Positions 9,252-17,009 of a stretch of 35,309 bases of DNA are shown here, in pieces. Location of the stretch: the NCBI GenBank assembly GCA_044347585.1, contig JBIKUM010000001.1, forward strand, positions 1 to 35,309, in the 5' to 3' direction. Position 1 is the stretch's first letter; the number at the start of each line of letters is the position of its first letter. The DNA is from Terrimicrobiaceae bacterium. GTDB lineage: Bacteria; Verrucomicrobiota; Verrucomicrobiia; Chthoniobacterales; Terrimicrobiaceae. Both the position numbers and the translations under genes were made by a program. The notes under the pieces were generated by a model. That model saw nothing but the letters and a program-made list of their open reading frames with translations. It did not search any database and was not told where the DNA came from.

Positions 9252-9437
9252 GGGGAAGAGTTTTAAGTTTTAGGTGTTAAGTTTGAAGTTTTTTCGGTCT
9301 GGAATTCTTTTTTGCAGACACCGTTGTTTATGCGCTGAGCCTCGTTGGTGTCGCTTAACACTTTCGCGAAGCGCATGCTGGAGGCATGACGCGAGCCAAT
9401 ACTGCACGAATAGATCAGGTCAACCGGCCTGTTCTGA

Positions 9438-9746
9438 CTATTTTCTGCCCCGTAAAAGCGCCCGTGCCGTAGAAGGCTTTCTCGCAGCATGCATGACAAG
9501 AGTGACAATCCATATGTTGGAGTGAAGGCGATAGTAAACTGAGTATGGAAAAGGACGGATCAGTATCTTGCGGAAGTCTTGATAGGCGGCACGGTAAATC
9601 TCTCCGTCTTGCTGAATGTGCGAAAGCGACGCATAAAAGGTATCCAGAAAACGATCCCCGAGGCCCGGATACTTCTGCTCGTCATACCATGCTGCAGCCT
9701 CCGCAACATCCTGCAATACCGCAGGAAGAATCCGAATCTCCCTCAT
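9438..9746 (-). CDS. Type II toxin, RelE/ParE family
   Basis: 102 aa. Typical ParE-like sequence (ILPAVLQDVAEAAAWY...PYSVYYRL...IWIVTLVMHAARKP). The ATG overlaps the antitoxin stop (ATGA at 9743-9746). Confidence 0.75.
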   Translation of the reverse strand: MREIRILPAVLQDVAEAAAWYDEQKYPGLGDRFLDTFYASLSHIQQDGEIYRAAYQDFRKILIRPFPYSVYYRLHSNIWIVTLVMHAARKPSTARALLRGRK

Positions 9747-9967
9747 GCGCGAATCGCATGGATTTTGCTTTTGAATACATCAATTGAAAGTGCAGAGGTA
9801 GGGTTACTAAGAAACTCCTCCCAGCGAATATCCAGTATATCTTTTTCTTCTTGAGTTACTTCCAAATAATCTGGAGTGGTAGATAAGCTTCTCCATATCT
9901 CGTCAACCAATTCCAACTTCTCGCGCGCCGACAGCGCTTGAACCTGAGGAAGTTCCGTGAGTGTCAT
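9743..9967 (-). CDS. Addiction-module antitoxin (Unstab_antitox-like)
   Basis: Track ORF 9743..10087 trimmed to ATG 9967 (74 aa). LSAREKLELVDEIWRSL...EEKDILDIRWEEF matches the pattern of small addiction-module components encoded upstream of ParE/RelE toxins. Confidence 0.65.
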   Translation of the reverse strand: MTLTELPQVQALSAREKLELVDEIWRSLSTTPDYLEVTQEEKDILDIRWEEFLSNPTSALSIDVFKSKIHAIRA

Positions 9968-10129
9968 GGTGTGAAAATAGCATGAAAATCGTGGGAGACA
10001 AGACAGTATTCCTAAAGTCCCCAGTGACCTATCCTTGCTTGCTTGTGGCGTGACTCCTGCCCGCAAAGCGGTATCAGCAAGCGGCACGACAGAAGTGCCG
10101 CAGGCGTAGGAATAAAATTCATCGGCTCG

Positions 10130-10441
10130 TTAGCCATTTTCCCTTTCAAGCAAGTCGTCATTTCGAAAAAACCTTTCTCCCCGCATGATGTAAACGATGT
10201 AAACAGCGTCATTCTGTGCGCGATAAAAAATGCGAACCGGTGGAATGACAAGTTGGCGATACTGTGTGTCTTTGAGTTCGGTTGGCACTGAGCAGCTCTT
10301 TGGGTGGGTCGCAAGCTGTTCTATTCGCTCAAATACTCGCTGGACGAACCGCCTCGCCGCTGTTGGCTTATCGAGTGAAATATAGTCCGCAATCTCATCA
10401 AGGTCTTGGAGAGCGGGTTCAGTCCAGATTATGCGAGCCAC
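10130..10441 (-). CDS. Type II toxin, RelE/ParE family
   Basis: 103 aa. IIWTEPALQDLDEIADYI...YRQLVIPPVRIFYR...VYIVYIMRGER. GTG start overlaps the Phd-like gene by 13 nt. Confidence 0.8.
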   Translation of the reverse strand: MARIIWTEPALQDLDEIADYISLDKPTAARRFVQRVFERIEQLATHPKSCSVPTELKDTQYRQLVIPPVRIFYRAQNDAVYIVYIMRGERFFRNDDLLERENG

Positions 10442-10686
10442 CGTGCCATCCTCAGTTTTGCATCTTTCTGAGAAAGAACTTGTTTTTCAAGAATGGCTTT
10501 CTCACCGCGGGCTATACCCTCAAGGAGAGTCAATCTGCTTTGCATATCTTCATACATCTGAACATCAATAAGATATGCTGCAGGAAGACCATGCTGGGTA
10601 ATCAAAACCGGCTCTTGATCAGCAGTAAGCTGAGATATGACATCGGTAGCCTTACGCTTGAGGGTTGTTACGAGTTCGGTGCGCAT
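10429..10686 (-). CDS. Type II antitoxin, Phd/YefM family
   Basis: 85 aa. LKRKATDVISQL...EPVLITQHGLPAAYLIDVQMYE is the classic Phd/YefM N-terminal domain. ATG 10686 verified. Confidence 0.8.
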   Translation of the reverse strand: MRTELVTTLKRKATDVISQLTADQEPVLITQHGLPAAYLIDVQMYEDMQSRLTLLEGIARGEKAILEKQVLSQKDAKLRMARWLA

Positions 10687-10950
10687 GAGGTGATACTAAA
10701 GTGTCACTTTCTATCAGGCAAGTAATTGTTGGTTCTAACATCCCCGATAACATATTCCTACTTGCTTCTGACACCAAAGCTTGCTCCGCAGGCGTGAAGC
10801 TCTAATTCATTCGGCGAACAGACCCCGTCTTTTTTTCTCTGTGTTCTTTGACTCGCTCGCTCCCGCTCGTCTCGCCCCTTCGGGGCCACCCTTCGTTTGC
10901 TCTACCTCCCGTCTGCCACGGTGCTCGGTTGTGGTTAATTTCCCTCTGCG

Positions 10951-11928
10951 CTACCACCCAAGAATTTTAGCGAAAATTAGTGGAGCAACAATTGTTGCAT
11001 CTGATTCGATGATAAATTTCGGGGTTTTTTCGCCGAGTTTGCCCCATGTGATTTTCTCGTTGGGAACAGCGCCAGAATAGCTTCCGTAACTCGTTGTGGA
11101 ATCGCTGATCTGGCAGAAATATCCCCAAAGCGGCACATCCGTGCGGCGGAGGTCCTGGTGGAGCATAGGGACGACACAGATGGGGAAGTCGCCGGCGATG
11201 CCGCCGCCGATTTGGAAGAAGCCGATGGGTGTTTTGTGGCTGGTGGGGGCATACCAGTCGGCGAGGGCGATCATGTATTCGATGCCGGAGCGGACGGTGT
11301 GGACATTTTTCACATCCCCTTCAATGCAATGGCCGGCATACATGTTGCCGAGCGTGGAGTCTTCCCAGCCGGGCACGAACATGGGGAGCTTTTTCTCCTT
11401 GGCGGCGATCATCCAGCTGTTTTTGGGATCGATCTGGAAGCTTTTTTGAAGTTCGGGCGAGTCGAGGATGCGCCAGAAGAATTCGTGTGGGAAGAGGCGC
11501 TCGCCCTTGGCGTCGGCATCCATCCACTCTTTGAGGATGACATTTTCAATGCGGCGCATCGCTTCCATTTCGGGAATGCAGGTGTCGGTGACGCGGTTCA
11601 TGTGCCGCTCAAGGAGGGCTTGCTCGTCGGCGGGGGTGAGGTCGCGGTAGTGCGGGATGCGTTCGTAGAAATCGTGGGCGACGAGGTTGAAGATGTCTTC
11701 TTCGAGATTTGCACCAGTGCAAACGATGCCGTGGACTTTTCCTTGGCGAATCATTTCGGCGAGAGAAATGCCCAGTTCGGCCGTGCTCATGGCGCCAGCG
11801 AGTGTCATGAGCATGATACCGCCCTGATCGAGGTGGCGGGAATAGGCCTCAGCGGCGTCCTTGAGAGCGGCAGCGTTGAAGTGGCGGTAGTGGAGGTCGA
11901 TGAATTGAGAAACTGGGCCTTGTGACAT
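10951..11928 (-). CDS. Deoxyhypusine synthase-like protein (DHS/homospermidine synthase-like family)
   Basis: Track ORF trimmed to ATG 11928 (MSQGPVSQFIDLHYRHFNAA). TGANLEEDIFN and QIGGGIAGDFPI resemble DHS-family NAD/spermidine-site motifs by eye. Confidence 0.7.
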   Translation of the reverse strand: MSQGPVSQFIDLHYRHFNAAALKDAAEAYSRHLDQGGIMLMTLAGAMSTAELGISLAEMIRQGKVHGIVCTGANLEEDIFNLVAHDFYERIPHYRDLTPADEQALLERHMNRVTDTCIPEMEAMRRIENVILKEWMDADAKGERLFPHEFFWRILDSPELQKSFQIDPKNSWMIAAKEKKLPMFVPGWEDSTLGNMYAGHCIEGDVKNVHTVRSGIEYMIALADWYAPTSHKTPIGFFQIGGGIAGDFPICVVPMLHQDLRRTDVPLWGYFCQISDSTTSYGSYSGAVPNEKITWGKLGEKTPKFIIESDATIVAPLIFAKILGW

Positions 11929-12018
11929 GGTGTTTGTAAAGTGGAGTGGCGTGGTTTTTAGCAGGTTGGCAGGCGAGTGCAAAGATTGATCACTGCTTGG
12001 ATTGGCTATCTGGTGAGA

Positions 12019-12091
12019 GGTTGTTCACAGGCTTTAATAAAGAAGAAATAATTTTTCAGAAAATCTCTTCTTCTTAATCATGTGAACAACC
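12019..12091. other. Imperfect 73-nt hairpin/inverted repeat in the nadE-DHS intergenic region
   Basis: GGTTGTTCACA (12019-12029) is the exact reverse complement of TGTGAACAACC (12081-12091). The inner AAGAAGA / TCTTCTT segments are also complementary. The 14-mer GTTGTTCACAGGCT recurs at 12234-12247. Confidence 0.5.
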
Positions 12092-12278
12092 CTGACGAAG
12101 TGTGTTCCTCAAGCTCCCAGTGGGCGTTCCACGCTTTTTCGACCTTGTGAAGAAGGTGTGAGTGAAAAATAATGGTTCTGAAAAACTCGGGATTTTGGGT
12201 GAGTTGTTAAATCTTGCTGGCAAAGATTCACAAGTTGTTCACAGGCTGTTGACACTTTGGTGAATATCCAGCAGGCGC

Positions 12279-13901
12279 TCATTTTGAGAAAAATCTTTGA
12301 GCGATGGGCATGCGTCGTCCCATGCCGAAAGCACGACTGGTGATTTTCAGACCGGGCGCGGCTTGTTCGCGTTTGTATTCGTTGAAGTCCACTTTGCGGG
12401 TAACCCAGCGAACAGTTTCTGCATCGAAGCCAGCCGCTACGATTGTGCTTATGCCAAGATTGTCCTCCACATAGAGTTTCAAAATCGCATCAAGGACCTC
12501 GTAGGGTGGCAGGGTATCTTGGTCTTTTTGATCGGGGCGGAGTTCCGCGCTTGGCGGTTTGTCGATCGTGCGGCGAGGGATGATTTCCTTCTCGCGGTTC
12601 AAATGCTCGGCCAGTTTGTAAACGAGGGTCTTTGGGACATCCGAAATGGCCGCGAGTCCACCAGCCATGTCGCCGTAGAGTGTGCAATAACCCACGGCGA
12701 GTTCACTTTTGTTACCGGTCGTGAGGAGAAGGTGGCCGAATTTGTTCGAGAGCGACATTAGCGTGAGGCCACGGAGGCGGGCTTGCATGTTTTCCTCAGT
12801 GGCGTCCTCCGGTCGGTCGCCGAACACAGGTCGCATTTGTTTTTTGAAAACTTCGAAGCTTTCCCCGATCGGGATTTTTAAGCACGCGATGCCGAGATTC
12901 TGCGCGAGAGCGAGAGCGTCTTCCACGCTGTGGGAAGAAGAGAAAGGAGATGGCATCGCGACGCCGGTCACTTGACCCGCTCCCAATGCTTCGACCGCGA
13001 GGCAGGCGACGACCGCACTGTCGATGCCGCCGCTCAAGCCCAGCACGGCTGATTTGAAGCCGCATTTTCCTGCATAGTCGCGCACGCCGAGCACCAAGGC
13101 GCGGCGCAAATCCTCGAGGTCGTTGGATTCCTTTTCCACCGATCCCTCCGAAGCGATTTGGTTGAATTCCTCAAAACCGAGAAGGCGGGTTTGAATCTGG
13201 CCATCCGCACCGACTGCGAGCGAATGTCCATCGAAAACCAGCTCATCGTTCCCACCGATGGCGTTGCAGTAATAGAAGGGAACTCCATGTCGACGGGCCT
13301 GGTTTTTGATCATGGCCTCGCGGCGCTCAGGCTTGCCGAGTTGGAAAGGTGAGGCACTGAGATTTAGAATTGCCTTGGCACCAGCGGCGCAAAGGGTTTC
13401 CACTGGGTCACAGGAATACAACGAGCGCGGTAGGTAGTCTGGAGTCCAGATGTCCTCACAAATCGTAATCCCGAAGATCTGGCCGTGAATCTCAACCGGT
13501 GTCGGTTTTTGACAAGGCTCGAAATATCGTGACTCGTTGAAGACATCGTAGGTCGGCAGCAGCGTTTTATAAACCCAGCGAATTGCACATCCGCGCTCTA
13601 AAATGGCTGCGGCATTGAAAAATGGCCGTCCTGACGCGGTGGGGTTCTTTTGCACGCATCCAATAATCCAAGCCGCTGAGCCAACTTCGCGGTGGATTTC
13701 CTCGAGGGCCTCCAAGCTCATCGGCACAAAGTCGGATTGGAAAAGCAAATCCTGCGGCGGATATCCTGTCAGAACCAATTCCGGCGTGAGAATGACATCC
13801 GCTCCCTGAGCTTCCAGCGAGCGGCATGCTTCCACGATGCGGCGGGCATTTCCCGCCAAGTCGCCTACTGTCGAATTAATCTGTGCCAGACCGATTTTCA
13901 T
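12279..13901 (-). CDS. nadE: Glutamine-dependent NAD+ synthetase
   Basis: Track ORF trimmed to ATG 13901 (MKIGLAQINSTVGD). N-terminal CN-hydrolase domain (ICEDIW) and C-terminal NAD synthase P-loop GLSGGIDSAV. Confidence 0.9.
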   Translation of the reverse strand: MKIGLAQINSTVGDLAGNARRIVEACRSLEAQGADVILTPELVLTGYPPQDLLFQSDFVPMSLEALEEIHREVGSAAWIIGCVQKNPTASGRPFFNAAAILERGCAIRWVYKTLLPTYDVFNESRYFEPCQKPTPVEIHGQIFGITICEDIWTPDYLPRSLYSCDPVETLCAAGAKAILNLSASPFQLGKPERREAMIKNQARRHGVPFYYCNAIGGNDELVFDGHSLAVGADGQIQTRLLGFEEFNQIASEGSVEKESNDLEDLRRALVLGVRDYAGKCGFKSAVLGLSGGIDSAVVACLAVEALGAGQVTGVAMPSPFSSSHSVEDALALAQNLGIACLKIPIGESFEVFKKQMRPVFGDRPEDATEENMQARLRGLTLMSLSNKFGHLLLTTGNKSELAVGYCTLYGDMAGGLAAISDVPKTLVYKLAEHLNREKEIIPRRTIDKPPSAELRPDQKDQDTLPPYEVLDAILKLYVEDNLGISTIVAAGFDAETVRWVTRKVDFNEYKREQAAPGLKITSRAFGMGRRMPIAQRFFSK

Positions 13902-13906
13902 AAAAT

Positions 13907-14596
13907 TTACCAAAACCCCCACTGGCGAGTTGCCATGATGTAGAGGCCGAGACCGAGATTTGTCACCCCGTGCGCGAGCACGCAAGCGCCGAGGCTTCCG
14001 GTTCGCACGGCGACGAAATTATAGATCACTCCGCAAATCAAGGCGGCCGGCCAATCCGCCAATCCATGCACCAACATGAAACAGATCGCCACGATCGCGA
14101 AGGATTTCAATTGAAACGCTCCCACCGGCAGCGAGGTGAAATCCTCCCGGATCAAATACCGCATCAAAAACCCGCGCCAAAAAATTTCCTCTACCAAAGG
14201 AACAATGATTACCAACCGCGCAAAGCGCGCCACGACAGTCATCCAATAAAGCGCGGAACCCTCGCCGAACACCGTGGGATCAAATCCATCCACCCGCGCC
14301 CCCGCGCCCAGAAACGCCTGCGGAGCGATCCAGAGGCCGAGCACCACCACGCCGGCAGCCAGAGCCAGCAGGGTTCCACCGCGTTTTGCGAAGTCATATT
14401 GCCGCCAATAAAAAACCAGCACCGCAGCGCACAAGGCCGTTTGGAGCGGGTAGACCCAATATTCCGGACTTCGCAACCAGAGTGAATCGGCGGATGGATT
14501 TTTGACGAGCGAGACCAACATCAACCCGCCCATGAAAACAAAAAACGGCGTTGTGTAAGCCGCCAGCGGCGAGCGCAGCGAAGAAGGTAAATTCAT
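13907..14596 (-). CDS. CPBP-family intramembrane glutamic endopeptidase (CAAX protease-related)
   Basis: Track ORF trimmed to ATG 14596. Polytopic membrane protein with motifs VEEIFWRGF, FMLVHGL and AHGVTN. The stop lies 5 nt before the nadE ATG. Confidence 0.8.
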   Translation of the reverse strand: MNLPSSLRSPLAAYTTPFFVFMGGLMLVSLVKNPSADSLWLRSPEYWVYPLQTALCAAVLVFYWRQYDFAKRGGTLLALAAGVVVLGLWIAPQAFLGAGARVDGFDPTVFGEGSALYWMTVVARFARLVIIVPLVEEIFWRGFLMRYLIREDFTSLPVGAFQLKSFAIVAICFMLVHGLADWPAALICGVIYNFVAVRTGSLGACVLAHGVTNLGLGLYIMATRQWGFW

Positions 14597-14654
14597 CGCC
14601 CGACAATCAATCACACCTCGCCCGACAATTAAAGACGCCGCTTCGCGCAACCCC

Positions 14655-14786
14655 TTGGAGGGCCAACCTCCGGCTTGACCCAAGACTGAACCGCTTCGTT
14701 ATCGCACCGTCTCGTTCCCATTACGCCGTGCAAACAAAAACGCCGCTTCGCAGCTGAAACTTGGGTCATGCGAGGACGATGAACCC
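14655..14786 (+). repeat. Copy 1 of a roughly 120-130 nt repeated, hairpin-bounded intergenic element (candidate ncRNA/REP-like)
   Basis: About 80-85% identical by eye to 18450-18569 in the same orientation. 5' hairpin GGAGG-gccaa-CCTCC (14657-14671). 3' hairpin GGGTCAT...ATGA(A)CCC (14763-14786). Confidence 0.6.
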
Positions 14787-14821
14787 TCCCAGTTATCGAA
14801 TCGCGCTGCCGCGCGACAATC

Positions 14822-15628
14822 TCATCGATGCGCCAACAACGCTCTGCTGAGGTCGTTAGGATGCCGATATCCGAGGTGGTAGGCGGCGGCTTTGACTTGC
14901 CAGCCTTCGTTCTCAACGAGACGACGGGCTTCCTGCCATTTGAGATTTCGAAAATAGGCGCCGGGGGAGAGTCCTGCCTGACTACGGAAAAAGCGGTGCA
15001 GCGCGCTGGGCGACATTCCCAAGTAGTCGCAGAGCGCAGGCACGGGCGTGTGGATGGAAAGGTTGTTCATCATCCAGGAGTGGGCCAGCTCCCACCGCAA
15101 GTCGCCGGTGGCGGCTGCCGTGCGCGTGGCTCGCAGGATTTCGACTTCTACGAGTTGGCGGAGCGCGTTGAGGGTAAATGGCAGGGCGCTGTCCGAGACG
15201 GCGATCTCCTTGCGGCAGCGGGAGTGCAGTTCCTTGAGCGTATCGAGTGAGGAGTCGCGCAGGTCAAGGGTGCGCGATGCTCCCTCGGCAATTTCGAGTT
15301 CAGGGAGCTGGGGACGATCCTTCCATACCCAAACGAGGATGCTAACCGTCTCGCGCCGTTTTTGCGTGATGCCAAAGCGGCAGTCGGAGTCGATCAGGAT
15401 GGCGTTCGGTCCCTGAACGACTTTTTGCTCGTTGCCGACGGATAGCACAATCTCGCCGCTGACGAGGATGAAGTAGTTTGTGCCACGGTCATAGTGGACG
15501 GGGAGGGGATTTTTCGCAAAATCCCGGCGCCCCCAGCCAAGGTAGATGAGCGGGAGATTCCCTTGCCCGCCCCAACTCGGACGGCCAGGCGGGGGATGGA
15601 CGGTCACTTTGGAAACGGGGTTCGGCAC
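14822..15628 (-). CDS. AraC-family transcriptional regulator (cupin-like N-terminus, HTH C-terminus)
   Basis: 268 aa. C-terminal HTH region LCDYLGMSPSALHRFFRSQAGLSPGAYFRNLKWQEARRLV. GTG start; the start is uncertain. Confidence 0.8.
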   Translation of the reverse strand: MPNPVSKVTVHPPPGRPSWGGQGNLPLIYLGWGRRDFAKNPLPVHYDRGTNYFILVSGEIVLSVGNEQKVVQGPNAILIDSDCRFGITQKRRETVSILVWVWKDRPQLPELEIAEGASRTLDLRDSSLDTLKELHSRCRKEIAVSDSALPFTLNALRQLVEVEILRATRTAAATGDLRWELAHSWMMNNLSIHTPVPALCDYLGMSPSALHRFFRSQAGLSPGAYFRNLKWQEARRLVENEGWQVKAAAYHLGYRHPNDLSRALLAHR

Positions 15629-15755
15629 AGTAGCAGTTTATGTCACTCGTAGGAGAATGGCTATCGCTTTTGTGTTTCTATGATGGGCTGAAGCAATGAG
15701 AATTATAAAGCTCTCTGCAATTCCTATCGAAGTCCCCAACTCTCAAAACTCCACT
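15629..15755. promoter_or_regulatory. Divergent promoter/operator region between the AraC regulator and the uxaE-like/uxaC operon
   Basis: 127-bp AT-richer spacer between divergent starts (15628 on minus, 15756 on plus). No promoter hexamers could be assigned with confidence. Confidence 0.4.
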
Positions 15756-17003
15756 ATGAAAAAACTCCCGAGATTCACCATCGGCATGGGTGACCGTTTT
15801 GCCCATCAAGGCGAGGCCCAGCTTTCCGCAGTGCAATCCGCTGCAGAACGCGGCGTGCCGCTGCACCCAGTTTGGAACAAGTCGAATCGTGAGCACACCC
15901 TCATTGGCACAAAACCCGAGGGTCTCCGCGCCGAAGCGGATGCCGCCGTGAAGGCATTGAATTGGACCGCGCCTTACTTTGTGGATGCCGATCACATCAA
16001 CCTGCACACGGTGGATGGATTCCTCGCGGCGAGTGATTTTTTCACCCTCGATGTGGCGGATTATTCCGGCAAACCCGCAAGCCTTGAGAGCCTGGCGGCG
16101 TTTCTCGAAAAGCGCGCCGGTTTGGTTGGCTCGCATCGTCTCCCCTTGCTTGATGCGCCACTGGAAATCACCCGCGCCGATCTAGAGCGCACGGCGGGAA
16201 AATTCCTCTGGGCCATGCAGGAGGCAGGCCGCATCTACCGTCATATCGCCGCTGCGAAACCGGCGGACTCTTTTGCCGTGGAGGTCTCTGTGGATGAAAC
16301 CGACACGCCGCAGACTCCCGCAGAGTTGTTGATCATTCTGGCCATGATCGCCGACGAAGGAATTCCCGCTCAAACCATCGCGCCGAAGTTCACCGGACGC
16401 TTCAACAAGGGTGTGGACTATGTCGGCGACATCGCGGCCTTCGAGCGCGAGTTCGATGCCGATCTGGCCGTGCTGGCCTATGCGGTGCGTGAATTCGGTT
16501 TGCCCGACACGCTCAAAATCAGCGTCCACTCCGGTAGCGACAAATTCTCGCTCTACCCGATCATTCGCCGTCTGGTTGCGCGTCACAACGCGGGGCTTCA
16601 TCTGAAAACCGCCGGCACGACTTGGCTCGAAGAGGTGGCGGGTTTGGCGGAAGCCGGAGGCGAGGGATTGGAAATCGCGAAGGACATCTACGCCGCCGCG
16701 CTTCCGCACGCCGAGGAACTCATCAAGCCTTATGCCCCAGTTGTGGACATTGAGATTTCGAAGCTGCCATCCATCGAAACCGTTCGCAGTTGGACTTCCC
16801 GGGACTTTGTCGAAGCGCTCAACCACGATGCCTCTTGCCCAAAATACGATCTTCAGTTTCGTCAGTTCATCCATGTTTCTTTCAAAGTTGCCGCCGGCAT
16901 GGGCACCCGCTACACCGACGCCTTGAAGGTCAATCGCGAGATCGTCGGACGCCGGGTCCGCGACAATCTTCTCAAGAAACACATCGAGCCGCTGTTTTGC
17001 TGA
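15756..17003 (+). CDS. Probable tagaturonate/fructuronate epimerase (UxaE-like), tentative
   Basis: Track ORF trimmed to ATG 15756 (MKKLPRFTIGMGDRF). The GDRF...VDADHI pattern and its position 6 nt upstream of uxaC suggest a hexuronate-pathway TIM-barrel enzyme. The family call is from memory only. Confidence 0.5.
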   Translation: MKKLPRFTIGMGDRFAHQGEAQLSAVQSAAERGVPLHPVWNKSNREHTLIGTKPEGLRAEADAAVKALNWTAPYFVDADHINLHTVDGFLAASDFFTLDVADYSGKPASLESLAAFLEKRAGLVGSHRLPLLDAPLEITRADLERTAGKFLWAMQEAGRIYRHIAAAKPADSFAVEVSVDETDTPQTPAELLIILAMIADEGIPAQTIAPKFTGRFNKGVDYVGDIAAFEREFDADLAVLAYAVREFGLPDTLKISVHSGSDKFSLYPIIRRLVARHNAGLHLKTAGTTWLEEVAGLAEAGGEGLEIAKDIYAAALPHAEELIKPYAPVVDIEISKLPSIETVRSWTSRDFVEALNHDASCPKYDLQFRQFIHVSFKVAAGMGTRYTDALKVNREIVGRRVRDNLLKKHIEPLFC

Positions 17004-17009
17004 TCTGTT

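Noticed and set aside
9274-9361. Inverted repeat GTGTTAAG ... CTTAACAC downstream of the first TA cassette, considered as an integron attC site (the GTTRRRY / RYYYAAC cores are present)
   Set aside because: The order of the cores is the reverse of a true attC (R'' RYYYAAC first, R' GTTRRRY last). No inner L''/L' pairing was found. No intI or attI is in the window. The flanks of the second cassette lack the motif.
10781-11080. 99-aa + strand ORF in the spacer upstream of the Phd/YefM cassette, considered as a degraded third cassette or small protein
   Set aside because: Its second half is antisense to the DHS-like gene. The translation is low-complexity with no motif. The GCCCC-ttcg-GGGGC hairpin at about 10874-10886 fits a terminator for the DHS-like gene better.
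14551-14757. Short ORFs across the repeated element, which share the peptide NLRLDPRLNR in both copies
   Set aside because: The shared peptide only reflects near-identical nucleotides in the conserved head. Downstream the two ORFs diverge, with indels that break the frame. There are no start-codon or RBS contexts. The conserved hairpins fit a structural element better.
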